Source of the DNA: Ranitomeya imitator
Taxonomy: Eukaryota
Length of the DNA stretch: 64,000 nt
Direction of reading: 5' to 3'
Assembly: GCF_032444005.1 (NCBI RefSeq)
Contig: NC_091285.1
Span: 13,268,001 to 13,332,000, forward strand
In this document: piece after piece, positions 29,397-42,188 of the stretch
Numbering within the stretch: position 1 is the first letter of the stretch
Layout: each line of letters starts with the position of its first letter
Translations under genes and position numbers: made by a program
Notes under the pieces: generated by a model
Told to the model about the DNA's origin: nothing
Database searches by the model: none
What the model saw: only the letters and a program-made list of their open reading frames with translations

Positions 29397-29433
29397 CCCC
29401 TCGTCAAAGCTACACGCGAAACGCGCGTCGGGG
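29397..29433 (+). ncRNA. Minimal hammerhead-like motif with atypical core (also on minus strand at 15620-15656, 21305-21341, 25053-25089)
   Basis: CCCC-TCGTCAAAG-CTACACG-CGAAAC-GCGC-GTC-GGGG. Confidence 0.6.
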
Positions 29434-29903
29434 AATCGCTCCACGGCTGCAGGTAATGTGTCCTTGCCACTGTGCCTTATCCATTCTGGGTCACCACGTC
29501 AGTTCGCTACAGCAGCACTTACTTAACCGCTGACAATATAGTTAGGCCACATCATCCACTAGGATATATTTATATTTGCACTAACGTACAATCCTTGGCC
29601 TATCAGCTCTTTTTGCATATAGAACCGCTGCACCAAAGCACATCAGCACTTTATTAGCCATTAGAAGCGTTTGTATGCTCTTTACTATACCCTGCACTTA
29701 ATGACCCATGACATTGCCTGGTTCTAGTCTGGGGCGATTATATCATTTGCACTCTGTATCCGCATAACCCATTTTTTACTTACCTTTATGATAATGCTTT
29801 TTTATGTCTTGTGATTGAAATAAAGTATGTTTACTATTTTAAGGCTATAGCTTTCTCTTGTTCTAGTTTTTGGATGCATCTATAACTTGTGATTAGCCCT
29901 GAT

Positions 29904-30876
29904 TAGTGTTGAGCATTCCGATACCGCAAGTATCGGGTATCGGCCGATACTTGCGGTATCGGAATTCCGATACCGAGATCCGATACTTTTGTGGTATCGG
30001 TATCAGATACATAGAGATGTGTAAAATAAAGAATTAAAATAAAAAATATTGATATATTTACCTCTCCGGCGGCCCCTGGACTCAGCGCGGGTAACCGGCA
30101 GGCTTCGTTGTTCAAAATCAGCGCTTTTAGGACCTGAGAATCACGTCCCGGCTTCTGATTGGTCGCGGGCCGCCCATGTGACCGCCACGCGACCAATCAC
30201 AAGCCGCGACGTCATTCGCAGGTCCTTAACGCGCTCATTTTTTAAAAATGAGCGCGTTAATGGCTTTCAAAGACGTAGCGGCTTGTGATTGGTCGCGTGG
30301 CCGCGACGTCTTTGAAAGTCATTAACGCGCTCATTTTTAAAAATGAGCGCGTTAATAGCTTGCGTTGACGTCGCGGCTTGTGATTGGTCGCGTGGCCGCG
30401 ACCAATCACAAGCCGCTACGTCTTTGAAAGCCATTAACGCGCTCATTTTTAAAAATGAGCGCGTTAATAGCTTGCGGTGACGTCGCGGCTTGTGATTGGT
30501 CGCGTGGCGGTCACATGGGCGGCCCGCGACCAATCAGAAGCCGGGACGTGATTCTCAGGTCCTAAAAGCGCTGATTTTGAACAAAGAAGCCTGCCGGTTA
30601 CCGCACTGAGTTCAGGGGCCGCCGGAGAGGTAAATATATCAATATTTTTTATTTTTATTCTTTATTTTACACATCCCTATGGATCCCAGGGCCTGAAGGA
30701 GAGTTTCCTCTCCTTCAGACCCTGGGAACCATGAGAATACCTTCCGATACTTGATGTCCCATTGACTTGTATTGGTATCGGATATCGGTATCGGCGATAT
30801 CCGATATTTTTCGGGTATCGGCCGATACTATCCGATACCGATACTTTCAAGTATCGGACGGTATCGCTCAACACTA
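29904..30876. mobile_element. hAT-type non-autonomous element (973 bp), internally palindromic
   Basis: TIRs TAGTGTTGAGC / GCTCAACACTA; 8-bp TSD GCCCTGAT at 29896-29903 and 30877-30884. Confidence 0.9.
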
Positions 30877-31222
30877 GCCCTGATTTCTTGGGGTAGAGCA
30901 TTCCAGAAAATTAGTGCAACTCATGAGAAGTTGGGAGTGGGAGGTACGGATTAGTGCTGATATTAGTCAAAAGTCACTTGCAGAGTGTAACAAGCGGGTA
31001 GGCTGATAAACAGAATTGAGGGAGATGTAGGGGAGTGCTGCACTGTATACATCCATATAGGGCTGAAATCACCCCATATAGCTATTAACTGATGTGTATA
31101 CGAAAATAGTGTTTTTTTTCACATATAGTGCCAAATACCCCTATATAGTGCTATATACCCTCCAAATAGTGCTGTATATGTCCTTACACTTAAGTTATAT
31201 TGTGCTATATATTACTGTATAG

Positions 31223-32030
31223 TAAATCACCAAAAAATAATCTCTTCATATACGGCCAGTAAAATAAACATAATCTTTATTAAATCTTATTAAAATACAT
31301 ATACCAGTACAACAAGTACATAACCACAGGCACAGGTAACAGTAGGTGGGACACCCCAGGTAATGACTCCAAAGTTAACAAAAATATATATAATACATAT
31401 GATAACTTACAAAAGATGTGATGCAACAATAAACACAGGTACCATGTCTGACAACTGTGTGACCATGCAATCTTCAGGCACGGAACAAAAGATAGTAAAA
31501 ATACAAGTGTATGAGAAGTCAGTACTAAGACATATTTACCAAGGAGCACTCCTGAGGACCCACCACACCCGACGCGCGTTTCGCACGGAAATGCTTCGTC
31601 CAGGGGAAGCATTTCCGTGCGAAACGCACGTCGGGTGTGGTGGGTCCTCAGGAGTGCTCCTTGGTAAATATGTCTTAGTACTGACTTCTCATACACTTGT
31701 ATTTTTACTATCTTTTGTTCCGTGCCTGAAGATTGCATGGTCACACAGTTGTCAGACATGGTACCTGTGTTTATTGTTGCATCACATCTTTTGTAAGTTA
31801 TCATATGTATTATATATATTTTTGTTAACTTTGGAGTCATTACCTGGGGTGTCCCACCTACTGTTACCTGTGCCTGTGGTTATGTACTTGTTGTACTGGT
31901 ATATGTATTTTAATAAGATTTAATAAAGATTATGTTTATTTTACTGGCCGTATATGAAGAGATTCTTTTTTGGTGATTTATTTGGCATATTGCTTCATGG
32001 CCTTATATATGGGATATACTTAGGTGTGTT
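31223..32030. mobile_element. Fold-back PLE terminal-repeat insertion (375-bp arms, 8-bp spacer, 50-nt extension)
   Basis: Arms 31223-31597 and 31606-31980; TATATTACTGTATAG at 31208-31222 and 32031-32045; hammerhead motif at the centre, AATAAA near the arm ends. Confidence 0.85.
31568..31606 (-). ncRNA. Minimal hammerhead-like motif (UGGACGA core)
   Basis: Minus strand CCCC-TGGACGA-AG-CATTTCCGTG-CGAAAC-GCGC-GTC-GGG. Confidence 0.55.
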
Positions 32031-32349
32031 TATATTACTGTATAGTGCTGAATACCTTCTATGTATCCTGCTATATATCGCCATATAGTGTCACACCCCA
32101 CATGGTGCTGTATTACTGCCTCATACACTGCATATCGTGCTGTATTTCTCCCTATGATGCGGTCTATGCCCAAATAGCACCATACACCCTCCATATAGCC
32201 CCATATACGGCCATATAATGTTTTGTCCCTCTATATAGTGCTGTGCACCACCTGTTACACTGAGGAGAACAAAGAGCGGGAGAAAGGGCCCACTGAGACT
32301 TTTCCGCCTAGGGCCCACGAAAACCTGGAGCTGGCCCTACATTGCTGCT

Positions 32350-32730
32350 TAAAAACAAAAACACATTTTGAAGAGGTTACAGTTTGCCAAAGAACACATC
32401 GACTGGCCTAAAGAAAAGTGGTGCAACATTCTATGGACAGATGAGAGCAAGATTGTTTTGTACTGTAGAACATGGAGGTGCAAGCAGAATGGTTTGGGGA
32501 TGTTTCTCATACTGCGGAGTTGGGCCCATTTATCACATAATTATGGACCAGTTTGAATATATCAAAATACTGGAAGAGGTCTTCTTGTCTTATGCTGAAG
32601 GAGAAATGCTCTTGAAATGGCTGTTTCAGCAGGACAACAACCTCAAACAGAGCAGATCAACGATGTTTTGAAGTGGGCGCCCATTCATCAGACCTCAATC
32701 AGATTGAGAATTTGTGAAGTGACATCGGAA
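32350..32730 (+). pseudogene. Degenerate Tc1-like transposase fragment
   Basis: [21 protein letters not shown] and FQQDN motifs across frameshifts. Confidence 0.75.
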
Positions 32731-32838
32731 AGATATATATCTTGGTACCATGTTAGTCAGTAGATAGAAAAATATTTAGAATTGAGAGTCCTCAATAGTT
32801 GATACCTTTTAATGGCTAACTGAAAAGATGGTAACAAA

Positions 32839-32879
32839 TTGCAAGCTTTCGAGACTACACAGGTCTCTTCATCAGGCTA
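32839..32879 (-). ncRNA. Minimal hammerhead ribozyme with canonical core, in a PLE tail fragment
   Basis: Minus strand GC-CTGATGA-A-GAGAC-ctgtgta-GTCTC-GAAA-GC-TT-GC; AGCT palindrome; followed by ATTAAA-AGGTATC. Confidence 0.75.
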
Positions 32880-34198
32880 AGAGTAAAAGAAATTCTGAAG
32901 AATCACTTATTTTTGCTGCGGAGTTGGGTGCGAGAAACGATGCAGATCGGGAGGGGGAAGAGTGTGTGGGCAGAGACTGTCTGGGTGCGGGTGTTTGTGT
33001 GTGTCCGCGGGGCTGTGTGTGTGACTGTGCGGGGATCACGGGGCTGTGCGGGAATCGTAGGCTTGTGCGGGGATCACGGGGCGTTGTGTGCAGAGCTGTG
33101 TGTGTGCGAGGCTGTATGTAGGCAGGCATCAACCGATGGGACTACTAGTCCCATCCGGCTATGCCTGCTACAGTAACAGGTAGCCGGATAATGGGACAGT
33201 ATAGTCCCATCATCAGGCTACTGTGTTCAAGTGTAAAAAAAACCAAAACAAATACACACATATACAGAACATACAACATAGAGTACATACTCACCAATCA
33301 GCTTGTCACAGAAGCCATCGATTACCTGCAAAAAATATTAAAATAATAAAACAACAATATACTCCCTGATCCGCAGTAATCCTTTTAATAAGAGTGTCCC
33401 ACAATGATCTCCCGTGGAGATCTGTCACATCGGCAGATGCCACCACTCTCCAGGGGATCCGGGATACAATGACTGAAGGTATCCTTCTGCACTGTATCCC
33501 TCCGCTGCTGTGAGTACAGTGTTGTTCATACTGTCACTTTCGGCACTGCTGCGTGGGAAATTTCCCACACAGCATTGCCATAAAGTGAGAGCAATGAACT
33601 AAAGTAACCTCTTCAGCCATTGTCTCCTGTCGTGCGTCACTGGAGGCCTATAGAGCAGTGACATCACCTGATGTCTCTGTTCTATAGGGGAGATCGTCGT
33701 GGGACACTCGTTATTAATTGGACTGTGTCGGACAGGGAGTATACGGTTGGTTTATTTTATTTTTTGCAGGCAATTGAGTATGGTAAGTATGGTGAAATTA
33801 AGAATATTAAAAAACTTTTTTCTGGCTGTGTCTTTTTTTTTTTAAAACTCTTTCACTACTATAGGATTACCAATGTATAGGTTTCTTATTGACGCCTCTC
33901 CATTATTAACCAGGCTTAATGTCACCTTACAGTACAAGGGTGACATTAACCCCTTATTACCCCATATCCCACCGCTACAGGGCAGTGGGAAGAGAGGAGC
34001 TAAGTGCCAGAATTGACGCATCTGTAAGATGCGCCGTTTCTGGTGCGGTTGTGGGCTGATATTTGCAGCAGGGGGTGGCAATACCCATGGCCCCTCTCTA
34101 GGCTATGAATATGTGCCCGCAGCTGTCTGCGTAGCCTTTCTGGCTATAAAATATAGGGGGACCCCCACATCATTTTTTGGGGGGTCCCCCTATTTTAA

Positions 34199-35376
34199 CC
34201 CCTTCATGACCGGGGGATTTTTCGTTTTTCCGTGTTCGTTTTTCGCTCCCCTCCTTCCCAGAGCCATAACTTTTTTATTTTTCCGTCAATTTGGCCATGT
34301 GAGGGCTTATTTTTTGCGGGACGAGTTGTACTTTTGAACGACATCATTGGTTTTAGCATGTCGTGTACTAGAAAACGGGAAAAAAATTCCAAGTGCGGTG
34401 AAATTGCAAAAAAAGCTTTTTTGGCTTTTTTGCTAGGTTCACTAAATGCTAAAAATGACCTGCCATTATGATTCTCCAGGTCATTACGAGTTCATAGACA
34501 CCAAACATGACTAGGTTATTTTTTATCTAAGTGGTGAAAAAAATTTCCAAACTTTGCTAAAAAAAAAAAAAAAATTGCGCCATTTTCCGATACTCGTAGC
34601 GTCTCCATTTTTCGTGATCTGGGGTCGGTTGAGGGCTTATTTTTTGCGTGCCGAGATGACGTTTTTAATGATAGCATTTCGGTGCAGATACGTTCTTTTG
34701 ATCGCCCGTTATTGCATTTTAATGCAATGTCGCGGCGACCAAAAAAACATAATTCTGGCGTTTCGAATTTTTTTCCCGCTACGCTGTTTAGTGATCAGGT
34801 TAATACTTTTTTTTAATTGATAGATCGGGCGATTCTGAGCGCGGCGATACCAAATATGCGTAGATTTGATATTTTTTTTATTGATTTATTTTGCCATGCT
34901 TCAATAGCCTCCATGGGAGGCTAGAAGCAGGCACAGCACGATCGGCTCTGCTACATAGCAGCGATCTGCTGATTGCTGCTATGTAGCAGAATTCCACGTG
35001 TGCTGTGAGCGCCGACCACAGGGTGGCGCTCACAGCGACGGGCAATCAGTAACCATATAGGTCTCAAGGACCTCTATGGTTACCATTCACAAGCATCGCC
35101 GACCCCCGATCATGTGACGGGGGTCGGCGATGACGTCATTTCCGGCCGCCCGGCCGGAAGCGGTAGTTAAATGCCGCTGTCTGCGTTTGACAGCGGCATT
35201 TAACTAGTTAATAGGTGCGGGCAGATCGCGATTCTGCCCACGCCTATTACGGGCACATGTCAGCTGTTCAAAACAGCTGACATGTCCCGGCTTTGGTGCG
35301 GGCTCACCGCGGAGCCCTGCATCAAAGCAGGGGAGCCGGCATCGGACGGTATAGTACGTCCGATGCCGGTAAGGGG
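34199..35376. mobile_element. piggyBac-like non-autonomous element
   Basis: TTAA-CCCCTT...AAGGGG-TTAA; the empty site TATTTTAATAGCCAG is present in the sister unit near 44810. Confidence 0.85.
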
Positions 35377-36989
35377 TTAATAGCCAGTAAAGGCCACGCA
35401 GACAGCTTTGGGCTGATATTCATAGCCTGTGAGGGGGCCATGGGTATTACCTGCTTCCTAGGCCATAAACACCGATCCCCAGTCGCTGGCTTTCCCACTC
35501 TGGACTTGAAAGTTGCGTTGGAGCCCACGCAAATTTTTTTTTTTTTTTTTTTTTAAATTAAACATATTGCGTTTATGGCCGAGGTCACACTTACGAGAAA
35601 GTTGCACGAGTCTCTCGCCTTAATACCCGACACTGCAACTGGCATTCTGGACCGGAGTGTGCGGCTCCATGTATTTCTATGCAGCTGAACGCTCCTGTCC
35701 GAGTGCCGGCGGCAGTGTCGGGTATTGAGGTGCGAGATTCTCGTAAATTGTGACCCCGGCCTAAAGCAGATTTTTTCTATCTTTAGATAGATCTATAGAT
35801 GGATAGATCTATCGATAGATAGATCTATACTGTAGATAGATTTAGATAGAGATAGATCTATAGATAGATATATATCTATAGAGATATCTACTGTATCTAT
35901 AGATCTATATGTCTATCTCATTCCTTCTATTTATCTATCTTGTCTATCTGTGTGTGTAATGGAGTGTGGGTTGGACAAATGTTAAAGGGGAGGTTGGACC
36001 AGAAATCACATTTTTTTTTTGTTCAATAATAGATCTGTATTTAGCTTTCAAAAACGAATACAAATCCGCATGAAAAAAAAAAACGCATAAAAAAAACAGA
36101 GCAAAAAAGCAGCAAATCCACACCTGCAAGAGAGGGAAGAATCTGCACAGAACATTCCACAGGCAAATCTGCAATGTGTGCACAGACCCTGTAAATCAAG
36201 TTTCAGTTTATGCTGTAAATATTCAAGTTTGTAAATGAAATTGCACACACTGGTATTTTTTGAGCATCTGATTATTCCTTCTTCATTTTCAGCTTAAAAA
36301 CTGATATTTTGTCATTGTTTTCATCTGAAATAGTGTGCAGCTCCCAGCATATATGGAAATAAAGGCTATTGTGAGGATTCAGCTTTTTTCTGCTATTATT
36401 TTGCGCATAATGTAAATTTCTTATTTAGACTCACCCAGGATTATATAGACAAGTATGCAAATTAATTGTAAGTATTCAGGGTGATCCTGACAAGCACAAT
36501 GGATATGGCCTGCCGTCATACAGAGTCCAGAACTTGTTCTTCAAGGTTGGGGGATGCTTGGAGTAAAGTCCATGAACATGGTTAATTCAGGGAACAAGGT
36601 GGATGACAAAATGGTTTCCTTCACAATCCCGTTCATCTAGTGCCGTATACACACATTGTGCTGATGCCTATACGCTTTCCACACTGTGCTGTATACCCTC
36701 CATATAGCGCTGTATATTCCTGATATTCTGTTCTTCCCCAAATATTGCAGTATACAACACATGAACACCAAATAGTACTATGGATCCACCCCCACACAGC
36801 ACCAGATTCCTTAACCCCCAAGACCCTCAGTGTTAACCCATTAGAGCCTGCAATGTTTCCAGCTGCAGTCATCCCAGCACAGTACTATCTGCAGCCCCTT
36901 CCCCTCCTCCCCGGCAGCTGTAGCTTCTCCTCAGAAGATGTGGGGGGCTCTTAGAAGAGCCTTTGTGTTGTTTTAGCAGAACAGAGACC

Positions 36990-37433
<444 letters not shown>

Positions 37434-38498
37434 TCAGCTCCGCCCCTTCCTCTGCTGATTGGCCAAGCACAGAACTGTTAGTGAATTTGAATTTCCCGCT
37501 TATTTTGTTTTTTTCCCAGCTTCTACCATGATGACCCTAAAAATAATCACAAACCTGATTCCTTTCCCCAGTGACCTCCTGCTCGGAGTGATTACAATGT
37601 GAGAACCAGATCTGGAGATCAGTCTGTCAATTATAGTGCTGTATTCTCACCATCCACATAGTAGTGTTTAACCTCTATTTTTTATTTAGCTCTAATTATA
37701 GTATTATTGTTAACGTTGTTACTTATGACTGTTGTGTTTGAAACTGTTAAACTGTAAAGCGCCGCGGAATATGTTGGCGCTATGTAAATTATTATATACT
37801 ACTGTATTCCTCTATGTAGTGCTATAAACCCTCAAAGTGCTTTATACCCTCCGTATTGCGCTCTGCTCACGTAGCAGCAGCGCCTGTGTCACGACACTAC
37901 TGCTCCATTAATGATGTGAGATTCAGACCTACAAATAGATCATTCTTTAGGAGCTTATTGACCATGTGCCTTCTGCTGTTTGCAGAGCAGAGGGTGTGTA
38001 ATATCAGGAATATCAGCGAGAACACAGAGCTCCAATGAGATTTAAGAGAAACTGCTGGAAACATCATTAACACTGAAAGCCCTTAAACAGCCCATCTCCA
38101 CCTATTGTCAGCAGGACAACGTAACCAGAGAACTAGGACTCCGCACTCTGGGAGAATAGGATCCAGTGACTGAAGTGCAATAGGGCATTAATGGTGGCCG
38201 GCATCTGCCCCTTTATGGCCAGACCATTCCCAGTATTCCACATCTGCTCTATAGCCCACTATCAACATCATCATTCTCCCCATCTTTATATCACCTTCCT
38301 CTAATCTCCATCCCAACTTGTGCTCTAAGGACAGAAACAAACCCTCATCTGAGCCTCTGAACAAATGAGATGCCGGTCAGTGCAGCCACATGTTCCCCAT
38401 TGAAAAGAGTAGAACAAAAGCAGCCACAGCTCTGATGTAGACGGGGTGGGTGGCTCTTAGAAGAGCCTTTGGGTTGTGGGTGCAGAGCACGGAGCAGA

Positions 38499-38903
<405 letters not shown>

Positions 38904-39097
38904 TCACTGGAAAAGAAAATAATGATCCTGCTCCTCCCAGAGCGGCCGTATTTATAGAGCGGCCATGCAAATGCACAATGCTGTCAGATCACTGTTCTAT
39001 TGGGTGAGAATATGGTGTGACCACAGCAGGCATAATGATCTCCGCCCTCTGCAGCTCATAGGTGTTTCCACAAATCTTGTTTCCATTGGTGACTTGA

Positions 39098-39595
<498 letters not shown>

Positions 39596-40790
39596 GCGAC
39601 ACTGACCCCGTATCATCCACACAACCCAAAGGCTCTTCTCAGAGCCACCCACACCGTCACCACAAAAGCTGACGCCGCTGATCTCTGCTGTGATGTTCTG
39701 TATGGATGTGTTATATGGCACAGATTTTGCATAACATTGGGGGATATAGCTGCAGTTAATCCTGTCTCCATAATTGCTTGGCACAGTGGGGATTATCGTG
39801 TAACTTCCATCATTGTGACGTTTCATACATGTAATTTCATACATTGTATTACAGCATCACTCCACATAAAACAATAAGAGCCTTGTTCAGCTTGAAGGAT
39901 CCAGAGGATTGATGGCTGCATGCGGCTGTTCTTCCCTACATCCCATCCTCTGGAGTCGGAGCCTTCAGGGCGGCCAGAGCTGCCGCTCTATGTATATATC
40001 CAGTGTGTGCAGGATATGGGGGGCAGTGCGAACATCAGGGGTCATACGAAACACAACCTTCCATTATTAAGCTAAAATGTCATGTAACCCAATAATCTCA
40101 TGGCTATAATGTCATGTACCCCTATATAGTGCTTTATACCCTCTGTATAGTGCAATATACTGCCATATGCTGTGGTATACATCCCTGTAAGTGCTGAATT
40201 TCGTACGGTTAGTGATATCTGTAATTTGTATGTAACCCCTTCTCGTGTACAGCACCATGGAATTAATGATGCTATATAAATAATAAGGTATTCAGCAATA
40301 TATGGGCATATAGCACAATATGGCAGTATACAGACATTAATACCTATTTTGCCATATACATCAGTCTATAACACTATATAGGGGTATAGAGAATATGGAG
40401 GGATATAAAGCACCATATGGCAGTATACAGCAGTCTCTTGAGGATATATAGAGCTTAATTGCCTGGTACACAGTATAATTGCATTATGTCCTCAATACAC
40501 GTATTCTATAGTATCACACAACATATAGCGCTACATAACCCCATAGAAAGCCGTATATACGGCCATAGGATGATATTTCATCAAAAAGTATAATATACAT
40601 TCACATGACATCTACCAGATCCCCTCAGTCTGTCAGGAGCCGCCGCCATGACACCACGTGTTACTGAGGAGAACAAAGAGCGGGAGAAACTATCAGCCGT
40701 TGGGCGGGAATTTCATATTCAGCGCTCAGCCAATCAGCACTCAGTAGGGCTATGGCTCCACCCACAGGCTCACTTCCCCGCAGACACTTG

Positions 40791-40950
40791 GTGTTAACCC
40801 TTTAGTGCCCGATGTTCCCAGCTCCCGCAGAGCAGACTGCAGCCATCCGGGCACCGGGCGATCACCAGCCCCTCCCCCAGCAGCAGGAGCCGCGGCTTCT
40901 CCTCACATGTGGGCGGAGCACAGAACTGTTGGGGATTTTGAATTTCCCGC
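40791..40950. other. H4 3' flank joined to H4 5' flank without the gene
   Basis: By-eye alignment to 36830-36945 and then to 37466-37500. Confidence 0.6.
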
Positions 40951-41069
40951 ACTTTTTCCTGTCATTTTCCCGCTTTTATCATGAGGGGGTTACATCTAAT
41001 CACAGACCCGAGTCCTGTCCTAACTGGGATCATCACTGGTCAGGGGAGCAAAGGGTTACAGTCTCTGTA

Positions 41070-41870
41070 TACCCCCCATATAGTGCTATATACCTCCATA
41101 TCCTGCTGTATACCCCCATATAGTGCTATATACCCTTCATATCCTCCTTTATACCCCCATGTCGTGCTATATACCCTCCATATCCTCTGTATATTTCCAG
41201 ATAGTGTTATATACACTCCATATCCTGCTCTATACCCCCATATAGTGCTATATACACTCCATATCCAGCTCTATACCCCCAGATAGTGTTATATACACTC
41301 CATATCCTGCTCTATACCCCCATATAGTGCTATATACCCTCCATATCCTGCTGTATACCCTCATAGAGTGTTATATACACTCCATATCCTGCTATATACC
41401 CTCCATATCCTGCTGTATACCCTCATAGAGTGTTATATACACTCCATATCCTGTTATATATACCCTCCATATCCTGCTGTATACCCCCATATAGTGTTAT
41501 ATACACTCCATATCCAGCTCTATACCCCCAGATAGTGTTATATACCCTCGATATCCTCTGTATATTTCCAGATAGTGTTATATACACTCCATATCCTGCT
41601 CTATACCCTCATATAGTGTTATATACACTCCATATCCAGCTCTATACCCCCAGATAGTGTTATATACCCTCCATATCCTCTGTATATTTCCAGATAGTGT
41701 TATATACACTCCATATCCTGCTCTATACCCCCAGATAGTGTTATATACCCTCCATATCCTGCTGTATACCCCCATATAGTGCTAGATACCCTCTGTATAC
41801 CTCCAGATAGTGTTATATACACTCCATATCCTCTGTATACCCCCGTATAGTGCTATATACTCTCCATACT
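41070..41870. repeat. ~40-bp degenerate minisatellite (ATAGTGTTATATACACTCCATATCCTGCTCTATACCCCC-like)
   Basis: Direct reading; only one short copy remains at the equivalent site near 50165. Confidence 0.8.
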
Positions 41871-42148
41871 GTGCTTTGTTCATGTATCTCCATGTTGTTG
41901 ATCGCTTTCTCCATTAATGACAATGTGAGGTTCAGACCTAAAAAATAGATCAGTCTTTAGTTCATCATTAATCAGGAGCCTCCACCGCTCTGGGGGGTGA
42001 AGGGTGCGTAATATCAGGGGAATATAAGCAAGAAATTGCAGAGAGCTCCGATCAGAACCAGCAGACACTGCTGAAAATTAACAGCCCATCTCTGGCTACA
42101 ACCAGCAGAACACTGGAGGCAGAGGCTAACTGAAAAGATGGTAACAAA

Positions 42149-42188
42149 TTGCAGCTTTCGAGACTACACAGGTCTCTTCATCAGGCAA
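42149..42188 (-). ncRNA. Minimal hammerhead motif, paralog of 32839-32879
   Basis: TTGC-CTGATGA-A-GAGAC..GTCTC-GAAA-GCT-GCAA; one T missing at the cleavage site. Confidence 0.65.

Larger units (their letters stand above)
15126..29879. mobile_element. Penelope-like element concatemer: two tandem minus copies head-to-head with one plus copy
   Basis: CTATAACTTGTGA at 15113-15125 and 29880-29892 (TSD); inversion junction at 25110/25111; the flanks rejoin into an old L2 remnant. Confidence 0.92.

Noticed and set aside
31280-31923. Two mirror-image 186-aa ORFs
   Set aside because: Artefact of the palindrome; no recognisable domain
39890-39990. Imperfect hairpin downstream of H2A in units 2 and 3
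   Set aside because: Pairing is not maintained between the two copies; more likely a decayed MITE
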